Shown: piece by piece, positions 1 to 9,057 of the stretch | How the letters are laid out: the number at the start of each line of letters is the position of its first letter | Position numbering within the stretch: the first letter of the stretch is position 1 | Source: a virus | Length of the DNA stretch: 64,000 nt | IMG/VR virus record: IMGVR_UViG_3300025030_000004 | Span: 1 to 64,000 of that record | Reading direction: 5' to 3' (one strand) | Translations under genes and position numbers: made by a program | Notes under the pieces: model-generated | Databases searched by the model: none | What the model was told of the DNA's origin: nothing | What the model saw: only the letters and a program-made list of their open reading frames with translations

Positions 1-197
1 CATATATCAAAAATGAGCAAGTCGAAGGTGATTTTACGAAACGTAGAAAAGATTGCCCTTTGAAGTTCGAAGATGAGAAATAAGTAAAATAGGAGTTATA
101 AATTTCTTTTGTTAATTACGAGGAGATTTATAACTCTCAAATGAAATTCATAGTTTATAGGGTACATAATGAACAATAAATAATTTTATTTAACCTC

Positions 198-226
198 TTG
201 TATTTGGTAGCAGGAGGTTATATAAT
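198..226 (+). promoter_or_regulatory. SigA-type promoter embedded in an inverted repeat
   Basis: TTGTAT-17-TATAAT; TAACCTCTTG/CAGGAGGTTA inverted repeat at 191-220. Confidence 0.55.
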
Positions 227-262
227 TAATCAAACCCCACGAAATTATATTTTCAATCTATT

Positions 263-2864
263 TTGAAAGGAATGATTTTTATGTTTGAAAAAGATGAAGT
301 GGTATGGTGTAGACCTAATTTAAGTGATGCACCGATTTGTGGTAAATATGTTGAGAAAATGAGTGATGAACAAATTAGAAAGGGATATCGTGCTGGTCAT
401 ATTGTAGAAGTCAATGGATTAGAGTGTTGGGTTAGACTTGACTTATGTTCTATAAACAAAGAAAGCATAAAGGATATAAGATATTAAGTAAACAACCCTA
501 ACAAATGTTGCTTTTAAGTTATTGAGTAAAAGGAGGAGAAAATTCACAATGAAAAAGAAAATCGGAGAATTTCTATCAAAAAATTTACCTTTCTTTTTTA
601 TACCTACGGCAGTTTTTTGGGTTTATCTTGCTATAATGGCTGAATCATTTTTAGGCATTTTAGGTTATACAACATGTTTAGGATTTTCAATAATGATATA
701 TTTTAACATTATGGAATGGGCATAAAACCAACCAAATGATGTATTTATAGGTAGGAGGATACAATGAAAGAAAAAGATATTAGAAAAAGTAAAGCGAAAT
801 GCCCGAAATGCAGATCAACAGATATTTTAATTTATGAAAAATGCATTCATGTTCAAACATGGGAGCAGAAGGATGGGTTTATAGACCACAATGAAGGATA
901 TATGAATCCAGAAGGGGCTATTGGTACTTATGGTGAATGTGATTGTGGACACAGATGGAAGTTCAAAGTGTTGCAAATTACTGATTTATTTATTAAGGAG
1001 AAGTCATGAGCAAGAAATTGTTAGAAAAACTCGAAAGGTATGAGAACAAAGCTTATGATGGAGGATATGGTTCTGACTGGTTAGAAAATATAGGTGAGGG
1101 TTTTAAGTTTTATATTAAGGGCTGTGTTGATAAAAATATTAGACCAACTATTAAGGGATTTGAAAAATATATTGATAGTATTGTACGATAAAATCTTACA
1201 TTATATACTTTAAAGGAGGAATAAAATATGCAAAAAATCATTACATATTTTGGTAGAAAAATGCTTCTTGCTTGTGATGGAAAATGTGACAAAGCATGGG
1301 GAGTTAGTTCAAGACTAAAAATTCAACTAAGTGAAACTGACGAAAACGATTACTGTTTCTTATCAGATGACGAATTAGGAATTGCTCCTGAAGATCCTTT
1401 AACTTATGAAGGTCTTGATATGGAGGGTAAACCTACGTGTGATGGAGGGGAAATGAACAGATGGTGTGCAAGGGAATGTGAAAGAAGTTCTATTAATAAT
1501 TTGTTAGGTGAAATTGAGATTAAAGATTTTAGTAAACGTAGGTACAATTATACAAATAAGAATAATTAGATACCGATGAAAGAAGGGTTTGGTGACAATT
1601 GATAACCATTGATGATGGTGAATTATCAGAAATATACTTTGACTATGGAGAAATGATTTATACTAAGGTGCAGAATAAAGACAAAGTTGAGTACATTCCT
1701 TTTGGAAAATTCATGTGGTTTACATGCTCTAAACATTTAATTAATTTAGTGAATGAGAAAGGCGAGAAAATGCCATTAGATTTATGTTATAGATTTACTG
1801 AGGAATAAAGGAGGGAAATTATAATAATGACAAAAGAAAATTCTCTAAGAATTCTGAATAAATGCATTGAAGAATTAAATAATATGAGTCAAAAAGAATT
1901 TGATCAGAAGATGTTACAAGGCGGTTCATTCTTTGATGAGTATTCATATGAAAATGATGGGTTTGTATTGAATATGTTTAAAAAGTAATACTACGAAAGG
2001 AGTCTTTCGAAGACTCTAAACAAAACAAAGAAAGAGGTAGATTAAAATGAGTAAAGAGCAACAAACAATCATCACAGAACTATTAAAAGCAATTGGTGCA
2101 AGCAAGGAAACATCCGATATGTCTTGGAGTACAGCCAATGAATTGACATCACTTGTAAGACAATTACAGGTGGCTTAGATGAAATATCATATTAGTTGGT
2201 TGGAATCTGCAATTAACGCATTTAAGAATTGCTATGAAACACAGACACTTGAAGGTGACATGACTATTGAGGAATTTATTAAAGCGTTTCAAGCCAAAGA
2301 GTTGAAGAAAGTGATTAAATTAGATTAGCAGTAGAGGAGGATTTGATAATGTTGTCATATAACCAAGATCATTTAGAATGGACTATAAGAAACATTAACA
2401 AAAGAATCAATGCTCCTCATATGATGGCGAATGAAAAGTTGGCAGACGATATTTTTCCAAACATAAGAAGGTATTTTCCAGAAGCAATCATGATAAAGAT
2501 TGGCATTGTGCAATGGATTACTGTTACTAAAAGAGGACAAAATGCTCTGATTAAACTTTTAAAAAGAGACATATCAGAGCATGAGAGGGATATCAGAGAG
2601 ATTGAAAATGCTATTAAGCAGATAGCATAAAACAAAAGTTTTCTAGGAGGTTATTTAATGGATATTGATTACTCAAAATTCACGCTGAAATGTGGTGGTA
2701 ACGGTTACAATGATTGTGGACAAAATGAAAAACAGAGATGTTGTGTGACTTGTGATAAATATCAAAAGTGCATTAAAAATGGTTGGGCTTGTTCTCATCT
2801 AGAAGAGGTTGATAATGACCCACAAGAATGTTCTGCATTATATTTGAAGATAGAAAGATTATAG
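263..2864 (+). other. Array of small hypothetical phage ORFs (263-487, 522-725, 764-1009 Zn-ribbon, 1006-1191, 1228-1569, 1599-1808, 2343-2630, 2658-2864)
   Basis: Most have a GGAG/AGGAGG RBS; same strand; several are Cys-rich; separated by palindromic boundary sites. Confidence 0.7.
2047..2328 (+). pseudogene. Hypothetical ORF interrupted by an in-frame TAG (2176-2178), or two abutting tiny ORFs
   Basis: RBS + MSKEQQ...LQVA*MKYHISWLE...IKLD* in one frame. Confidence 0.4.
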
Positions 2865-2943
2865 CTTAAAACGGTGATTCTATGTGCATAAATCCCAATT
2901 GAACTAATATAATTAATACATATTATATTAGGAGGAATGCCAT

Positions 2944-3468
2944 ATGAAGATCACAGATTACCCAGTCACAACACATTTCAAAGAAAAAGATTGGTTTCAC
3001 TCACAATCTCACACGGGCATCGACCTAGCCACACCTACAGGAACAAAGATTTATGCTCAAGACAGTGGCATTGTGAGTCTTACGATTGATTCTATGTTAG
3101 GTAATACTGTTCGATTGAAATTAAATAATGGAGATATAATTGTTTATGGTCATCTAAGCAAATTTGAAGTTGAGAATGGTCAATATGTAAAGCAAGGAGA
3201 TTTGTTGGGACTTACTGGTGGGGCTGTTGGAAGTATAAATTCAGGTAGAACCACCGGAAGTCATGTCCATGTATCTCAATACCACGAAGGAGTATTGATT
3301 GATCCTACAAACTACTTATTCCATCATGAGCAACAAGATATTTCAAGTCCTTTGATATTCCCTTTGATGCTAATCTTGCTATTAATCATTGCATATAAGG
3401 CGAGAAGATTTCTGTTTTATTCGCTTGGTATTTTTGTGGTATTGTTGGTAATATTTTTGGTAAGTTAA
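2944..3468 (+). CDS. M23 family metallopeptidase with C-terminal transmembrane helices
   Basis: HTGID (HxxxD), YGHL and HVH (HxH) motifs; hydrophobic C-terminus. Confidence 0.9.
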   Translation: MKITDYPVTTHFKEKDWFHSQSHTGIDLATPTGTKIYAQDSGIVSLTIDSMLGNTVRLKLNNGDIIVYGHLSKFEVENGQYVKQGDLLGLTGGAVGSINSGRTTGSHVHVSQYHEGVLIDPTNYLFHHEQQDISSPLIFPLMLILLLIIAYKARRFLFYSLGIFVVLLVIFLVS

Positions 3469-3708
3469 CATATACTAAAGAAACTGAAAATAATTAATTT
3501 AGGTATTGTACAATATGAAAGGTGATGATATAATATGGTAAAAGATTCTACATCGGAAACATTTATCCTTGAAGCAATTAAATTTCTTGAATTAACTACG
3601 GATTCTTATAGCAAAATGCCACATATGCAAATTATGAGGATCAAGGAAATCATTGGAGAGTTAGAAGATGTTTTGGAAGAAGACTATTAATAGAAAGGCG
3701 GAGTATTA

Positions 3709-3906
3709 ATGTCAAATAATCAAAAACCTAAATGTCAACTTACTGGTGTAGATGGTAATGTATTTGTCATAATAGGAACAGTTAGCAGAGCATTAAAAAG
3801 AGCAGGACTTATTGACCAAGCTAAAGAATTTAGCAGTAAAGCGATGCAACAAGAAAGTTATGACAATGTACTAAGATTGTGTTTTGAATATGTTGATGTT
3901 TGTTAA
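3709..3906 (+). CDS. Conserved small phage/ICE hypothetical protein
   Basis: L-x-G-x-DGN-x-F-x-I-I-G-x-V-x-R-A-L-K motif typical of a widespread mobile-element family. Confidence 0.6.
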   Translation: MSNNQKPKCQLTGVDGNVFVIIGTVSRALKRAGLIDQAKEFSSKAMQQESYDNVLRLCFEYVDVC

Positions 3907-4199
3907 AAGTTAAAAATTAGGAATCCTTGCTACATAGGGGTTTCGCGTTGCATAAAATGGCATGAAAGACGAAGTTTAAAGGATAAAGGAGAGATTTATT
4001 TTGGAATGTAGAGCATGTGGATTTACTAGAGGAGAAGAAGATTTTATAAGGATTTTCTCAGATCATAAATTTAAAATCGATAACCCAAATGAATGTCATC
4101 ATGGAGATTATGATTATGAATCTCAAGTTATAGTGGAATTGTACGCTTGCCCTAAATGTAAAAGTGTCTTAATGAATTAATATAGCATAAAAATTAAGT

Positions 4200-4454
4200 T
4201 TGAAAGGTTTAGGAGGTAGAGAAATGTATCAATTATATCAAAACAAAAATGATGCAATTATTAAAATTCAAAAACTAAGCAAAGTGTTTCAAGACAAAGA
4301 ATCAAGGATAACTGACGAGATTATGATATTTAATGATGTTTATTCTTTTTGTAAAGACAGAAAGAAACTCAAGCAAAAAGCAGAAGAAATTAAACAAGAA
4401 TGGGTGAATGAAGCCAAAGCATTATTAGAAAAATATGAAAATATTAAAATTTAG
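4200..4454 (+). CDS. Hypothetical phage protein
   Basis: ORF with RBS; the likely start is the internal ATG of MYQLYQ. Confidence 0.6.
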   Translation: MKGLGGREMYQLYQNKNDAIIKIQKLSKVFQDKESRITDEIMIFNDVYSFCKDRKKLKQKAEEIKQEWVNEAKALLEKYENIKI

Positions 4455-4469
4455 AAAGGAGAGGTACAT

Positions 4470-4838
4470 ATGAGACTTTGGCATCAAGATTTAATATCTA
4501 AACTACCTAGACAGCAATTACTAGGTCAGCACCGCGAATGTGCAGCACTCAGGGGAAATGGATGGGGTAAGAAACACTCAGCTATAAATTATATCTTTAA
4601 ATATAGTCCTGCTAAATTAGTTTCATATCATTACTTAATCATAGAAGAAATGCTTAACCGTGGCTACAATGTTACTGAAGAATGGTTGAATCTTAATTAT
4701 AGAGGTAAGGAATGTAAGCCATATGATTTCATCAACCATATTGAAATTAGTGGATTAATTTATCCAGAGCATGATCAAGATTATTTACAGGAATGCCTAG
4801 ACAATTTAGAAGGTAAAGGAATTAAAATTGTTGCATAG
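4470..4838 (+). CDS. TIGR02328-like pyrimidine-dimer DNA glycosylase (DenV/endonuclease V fold)
   Basis: MRLWH...LPRQQLLGQHREC.ALRG.GWGKKH...YH.L...EM..RGY signature. Confidence 0.85.
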   Translation: MRLWHQDLISKLPRQQLLGQHRECAALRGNGWGKKHSAINYIFKYSPAKLVSYHYLIIEEMLNRGYNVTEEWLNLNYRGKECKPYDFINHIEISGLIYPEHDQDYLQECLDNLEGKGIKIVA

Positions 4839-5215
4839 AGAAAGGAGAAATTATGATTATTAGTTTTGAAAAGATAGTTGAGAAATTTATATCTAGACAT
4901 GGTATAAGGGCAGTAGTTTTAAAGACTAATTTTATTAATGAAAGTGAATGTCATTTATCTCTATATGGTGGATATTCAACATCTGTAAAAGTCATTGAAG
5001 ATAAACTATATCAAGATGGTGCATTATATTGTAAGGTTGAAGAATTATTTGGTTAAATTATATAGGAAATAAACTAGAATAAGATCGGATATTGTATGTA
5101 TTTGTTAAAAATATGTATGAAAATGGGTCATATTTGCCCATGAAAGTGTGGTTCTATTGGGAGGAGGGAAGTATGAATCAATTTAGCAAATATAAAAATC
5201 AAGGACAATTGAAAA

Positions 5216-5308
5216 TAAATCACAATAATTAAATCTAATTAACACATTTACACTAAAATATAATAATTATATTTACTATTAATATTGCAATTAAATCACA
5301 ATAATTAA
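5216..5308. repeat. 17-bp direct repeat TAAATCACAATAATTAA x2 in a very AT-rich intergenic region
   Basis: Copies at 5216-5232 and 5292-5308. Confidence 0.7.
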
Positions 5309-5353
5309 TCAAAAAATAATAAATTAATATAAATAATGGAGGAATAATTCAAA

Positions 5354-5581
5354 ATGGCAAAAGCAAAGGCAGAAACTAAAATGAAATCGATTCAAAGACA
5401 AGATAATAATATACATATTTGCCCGAAATGCGGAAACAACAAAGCAACACAGGTTACCAAACATTCTTTCTACTGCATTCGATGCGATATTGAATTCAAT
5501 AAAGATAACAAGATATTTATAATTATGTTTGACGGAACACTGGCAGATTATCATGTAAACGAATTTGCTGATATTTACTAG
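5354..5581 (+). CDS. Zinc-ribbon protein
   Basis: CPKC...CIRC; RBS GGAGG. Confidence 0.7.
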   Translation: MAKAKAETKMKSIQRQDNNIHICPKCGNNKATQVTKHSFYCIRCDIEFNKDNKIFIIMFDGTLADYHVNEFADIY

Positions 5582-5597
5582 AAAGAGGAATTGAAAA

Positions 5598-5795
5598 TTG
5601 GATAAAGTTAAAGAGGGAAGTTTTTTATGGGTGATGCAACAAGTAGCACAATATAAGAGTGCGTTAGCCAGTTGTGCTATCGAAGGGAATGAATTTGGCA
5701 AAAGGCATTTAAAAGCAATTGAAGGAATGGAATTAGTTGAGGAGTATAAGTATCTTAAAAAAGTATTTGATTATCTAGAAGAAAAATATAATTAA
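5598..5795 (+). CDS. Hypothetical phage protein
   Basis: ORF with RBS. Confidence 0.55.
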   Translation: MDKVKEGSFLWVMQQVAQYKSALASCAIEGNEFGKRHLKAIEGMELVEEYKYLKKVFDYLEEKYN

Positions 5796-6122
5796 TCCAA
5801 TAGAAAAATCTTTTTATTTGGTTTAAGAAAGGAGAAAATAATAAATGCAGAGATTGAAATTAAAAGATGATGTTGACCTAAAGGATCTTCTAAAAAGGTT
5901 TGCAGAAAATGAAAACACATATGATTTAGACGATCCAATATTTGATGAATTCATTAGTGTAAACAAAATTACAAAAAGTATTTCGCATTATGGTTATAAT
6001 GGATTAATTTATAATTGAGCACAACTAAGCCCGGAAGAAGCAAGACTACAAAGAAATCAAGAGACATTGGCAGAAGTGTTTTTTAATAAGTAAATACGAG
6101 GAAATATTATTGTATTTATGTT

Positions 6123-6551
6123 ATGAGGGGGCAAGTAATGTCTGGTTTAAATATAAATAAATTAAAAAATAAAAAGTTTACTATTATTTCTACAGAAGAA
6201 TCACTTAAAGATGTGATACCATATTTAGTTGATATTAATAGTGTTAGAGGAGAAAATATGTCGCACTCAAAACTTAGAGGACATGATATAGAATTTGTAA
6301 ATAATGAATGGATATATTCTGATACAAAAGAACCAACAGTTTCTACTTTTAAAGACAGACCATGTGGACATTGTAATAAATTTAGTACACCTGAAGGTCA
6401 CGATGTATGTTTAGGAGAGTTGAAGGCCATTATGAATGGGTGTTGCGGTCATGGAGCTGTAAGTGAAGCGTATGTGCAATTTCTAGATGGATTTTCAATT
6501 CATGGAGAAGATGCTGTTGTTATACTGGATGTATTGAAGAAATATAGATGA
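6123..6551 (+). CDS. Cys/His-rich hypothetical phage protein (likely start at internal MSHSKLRGH)
   Basis: RPCGHC...GHD.CLG.L....N.CCGHG motif; RBS AGAGGAG before the internal ATG. Confidence 0.65.
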   Translation: MRGQVMSGLNINKLKNKKFTIISTEESLKDVIPYLVDINSVRGENMSHSKLRGHDIEFVNNEWIYSDTKEPTVSTFKDRPCGHCNKFSTPEGHDVCLGELKAIMNGCCGHGAVSEAYVQFLDGFSIHGEDAVVILDVLKKYR

Positions 6552-6724
6552 AAATTTATCAGAAATCAGAGCAAGAGTTTTAAATTAAGGTGAGTCTAAA
6601 AAAGTTGGATTCTGAAAGCTTACTCCTGCAAGGGTTTCAGAATCCACAATTCCTTTAAAAGAGTTATTTGTTGGGATTTCAGAAAGAAATAAAAACTTAT
6701 TTCAAAATACACAAGCATATGGAG

Positions 6725-6754
6725 GTATAGTCCAAGTTAGAACTGGATATATTA
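6725..6754 (+). promoter_or_regulatory. Candidate sporulation sigmaF/sigmaG-type promoter upstream of mazF-like gene
   Basis: GTATA-15bp-GGATATATTA matches the GYATA-N15-GGnnAnAHTR consensus. Confidence 0.55.
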
Positions 6755-6783
6755 CTATTAACAAGAAATAATTTAATTGGAGG

Positions 6784-7170
6784 TTGATAGTAATGAAAGA
6801 ATTAACTAGAGGTGCAATCTACATAGTGAATTTACCAGATGCTAGCGGGTCTATTCAAACGAAACAACGTCCTGCGGTGCTAATAAGTAATAATTTAGCC
6901 AATCGTTATAGTTCGGTTTTACACATATGTCCCTTAACTTCTGTGACTACAAAATCTAAATTACCCACTCACATTCCAGTCAGTATGAATTGCGGTCTTT
7001 TACGAGATTCTATTGCTCTCTGTGAGCAAACTATGTTAGTTACTAAGGATTGTGTGATAAAAGATAAAATAGGAGTTTGTGATGAGGAAACTATGAAAAG
7101 AATTGATCATGGTTTAATGGTGCAGTTTAATCTTATTCAAACAAATAAAAAGGAAATTGAATACGCATAA
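6784..7170 (+). CDS. mazF: PemK/MazF family endoribonuclease, with no adjacent antitoxin (likely start ATG 6793)
   Basis: RG.IY.V.L....GS.Q...RP.V.ISN...N..S......PLTS...LPTH...GL..DS..LCEQ; catalytic Arg and Thr retained. Confidence 0.9.
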   Translation: MIVMKELTRGAIYIVNLPDASGSIQTKQRPAVLISNNLANRYSSVLHICPLTSVTTKSKLPTHIPVSMNCGLLRDSIALCEQTMLVTKDCVIKDKIGVCDEETMKRIDHGLMVQFNLIQTNKKEIEYA

Positions 7171-7240
7171 TAATAGAAGGAGAGATATAATTATTGAAAG
7201 AATATATTAATTTGATAAGAGAGAAGAGGAATGATTACTA

Positions 7241-7855
7241 TTGGTTGAGACGTTAATAGCATCGCTCATCTTCTCTAAACTAAAATTGACCTTACAACTA
7301 GGTAAGCTCAAAATACATAAATCCTCATATAATATCAAACCAATATTTAAAATATGGAGTATATATCCAGTATTGTTTATGTCTATCTTGTACATAATTC
7401 TTCAAGCCATGGTGTTGCGTCAAAATTATAGTTTTCTACCATATCAAAAGATATTTAAAGATGCGTTAATAGGTTCCTATATGTTATTAGGATTAGATGT
7501 TTTATTTAGATATGAGAAATATAAGCCTTTTATAATAGCATGTTGTAGTTCACTATTAGGATTTGGATTAAATGCAATAGTAATGTATTTTAACAACGGT
7601 AAAATGCCGATTTTCCCAACATTTTCATGGTCTACAGGTTATACTCAATATGATATGATAATAAATGCTTCTAAATATGGTGACTTTCATGTTCTTGGTG
7701 ATCATACAACAAAGTTAATATTTTTATCTGATGTGTTCGACGTTTTTACCTCTATATGGTCGCTAGGAGATATATTTATAAGATTATTTGCCTTTATGAT
7801 TATATATTATTCGGTTAAGACAGTAAATCAAAGTATATCTATAAGCCAAAAATAA
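7241..7855 (+). CDS. DUF5317-like polytopic membrane protein (possible aspartic peptidase)
   Basis: G..LN..V...N.G.MP, H......T.L..LSD.F and S.GD motifs; about 5 TM segments. Confidence 0.75.
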   Translation: MVETLIASLIFSKLKLTLQLGKLKIHKSSYNIKPIFKIWSIYPVLFMSILYIILQAMVLRQNYSFLPYQKIFKDALIGSYMLLGLDVLFRYEKYKPFIIACCSSLLGFGLNAIVMYFNNGKMPIFPTFSWSTGYTQYDMIINASKYGDFHVLGDHTTKLIFLSDVFDVFTSIWSLGDIFIRLFAFMIIYYSVKTVNQSISISQK

Positions 7856-7866
7856 TAAATGATGTA

Positions 7867-7895
7867 TTGCATAATCACTTTGCGTATGGTATTAT
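7867..7895 (+). promoter_or_regulatory. SigA promoter for the sensor-agrD transcript
   Basis: TTGCAT-17-TATTAT with extended -10 TGn. Confidence 0.65.
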
Positions 7896-7939
7896 TATCC
7901 TAAGAATAAAAATAGAATAAATAGAAAGAGGTAATACAT

Positions 7940-8770
7940 ATGCAAAGCGCAATAAATGCCTTATTAAATACGATCTTGGTATCAATTCCGGAAGAAATAT
8001 TCTTAGTGGTTATGACTTTAATCTTTCTAAAAAGGTTTGATATGTTGGACGTAAGAATGTGGAAATATAATTTAAAATGGATTACAATACCTGCGTTCCC
8101 TGTGGCAATAATGATAAATGTGTTCAGATACATAATAATTATACCAAAACCGATTGCCACTATAACTGATGGAATTATCTTTTATACCTTAATGATGATA
8201 ATTATTAAGAGTAATAGTTTTAATTTTATAAGAAAAGATTATCTAAAGATTCTGTTATACTTTACCTTAAGTCTTATTATTTTAGGAGTATTAGAGAATA
8301 GTACATATCCGGTAATCATGTTCTTAATAAACAAACCATTTGAATATTTTAATAATAATATTATATGGAATTTTCTATTAGTATTGCCATCTAGAATATT
8401 TGAATATATTATACTATTTTACTCAATCAGTAAACAAAACAATGTTGTTAGAATTAAACTTTTTGACAGTATAATTTCCAATAAGTTATATTTTAAAGTG
8501 ATGATATTTTTAACAATAATGTTTAATGTTTTATCCATATTTTTAGTAAAATTCATTGTCTATGATAAAATATTAGAAAAATTGTCACTATTAGAAAAGG
8601 TGCTTGTATCAGAAATAACTTTAATATTTCCAGTAGTAGTTGTTTTTATATTTATATTGCTGATTAATGACTTATTAGTCAAACAAAAACTAATGCAACA
8701 AACTTATGAAAACCTTGCTATGCAAGATGACATATTGTTTGATGTAGAAGATGAAAATGAAAGGATGTGA
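7940..8770 (+). CDS. AgrC-sensor-like multi-TM membrane protein lacking a histidine kinase domain; acidic C-terminal tail
   Basis: About 7 hydrophobic segments; lies directly upstream of agrD; no H-box or HATPase motifs; ends ...LMQQTYENLAMQDDILFDVEDENERM. Confidence 0.65.
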   Translation: MQSAINALLNTILVSIPEEIFLVVMTLIFLKRFDMLDVRMWKYNLKWITIPAFPVAIMINVFRYIIIIPKPIATITDGIIFYTLMMIIIKSNSFNFIRKDYLKILLYFTLSLIILGVLENSTYPVIMFLINKPFEYFNNNIIWNFLLVLPSRIFEYIILFYSISKQNNVVRIKLFDSIISNKLYFKVMIFLTIMFNVLSIFLVKFIVYDKILEKLSLLEKVLVSEITLIFPVVVVFIFILLINDLLVKQKLMQQTYENLAMQDDILFDVEDENERM

Positions 8771-8776
8771 ATATAA

Positions 8777-8893
8777 ATGAAAAAATATACTATTCTCGCT
8801 AGTATAGTTGTTTTAGCAGCTACCGCATTTGCAAATGTTTTTGCTTCATGGTTCTTTGCTCATCAACCAAAAACTCCAAATTGTCTAAAATAG
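8777..8893 (+). CDS. agrD: AgrD-type cyclic lactone autoinducer propeptide, 38 aa (not in ORF track)
   Basis: MKKYTILASIVVLAATAFANVFASWFFAHQPKTPNCLK: hydrophobic leader, S-WFFA ring, HQPKxP tail typical of clostridial AgrD; RBS AAAGGA; AgrB nearby. Confidence 0.9.
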   Translation: MKKYTILASIVVLAATAFANVFASWFFAHQPKTPNCLK

Positions 8894-8902
8894 TACATAC
8901 CC

Positions 8903-8930
8903 TATAGGGAAGGCTTCGGTCTTCCCTATA
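8903..8930 (+). terminator. Stable hairpin after agrD (terminator or 3' stabiliser)
   Basis: TATAGGGAAGGC-TTCG-GTCTTCCCTATA with a cUUCGg loop; no strong U tract. Confidence 0.7.
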
Positions 8931-8967
8931 AACGTAATATAAAATTTTACAAATGCGTAAAAATGTA

Positions 8968-8996
8968 TTGACATAATTTCTCCTTTAGGATAATAT
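8968..8996 (+). promoter_or_regulatory. SigA promoter for HTH-mazF/agrB
   Basis: TTGACA-17-TAATAT. Confidence 0.55.
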
Positions 8997-9057
8997 GTAT
9001 ATATTAAATCAAATAAAAATTATATATGTATTATTAGGAGAAGAGGAGAGATGTATT

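Noticed and set aside
6560-6740. Group I intron: GGTATAGTCC resembles the S element
   Set aside because: No matching R element (GACTA) and no interrupted gene; the sequence fits a sigmaF-type -35 better
7940-8770. Frameshifted agrC with a downstream kinase domain
   Set aside because: The stop is followed directly by agrD and a hairpin; no HisKA/HATPase remnants are visible in other frames
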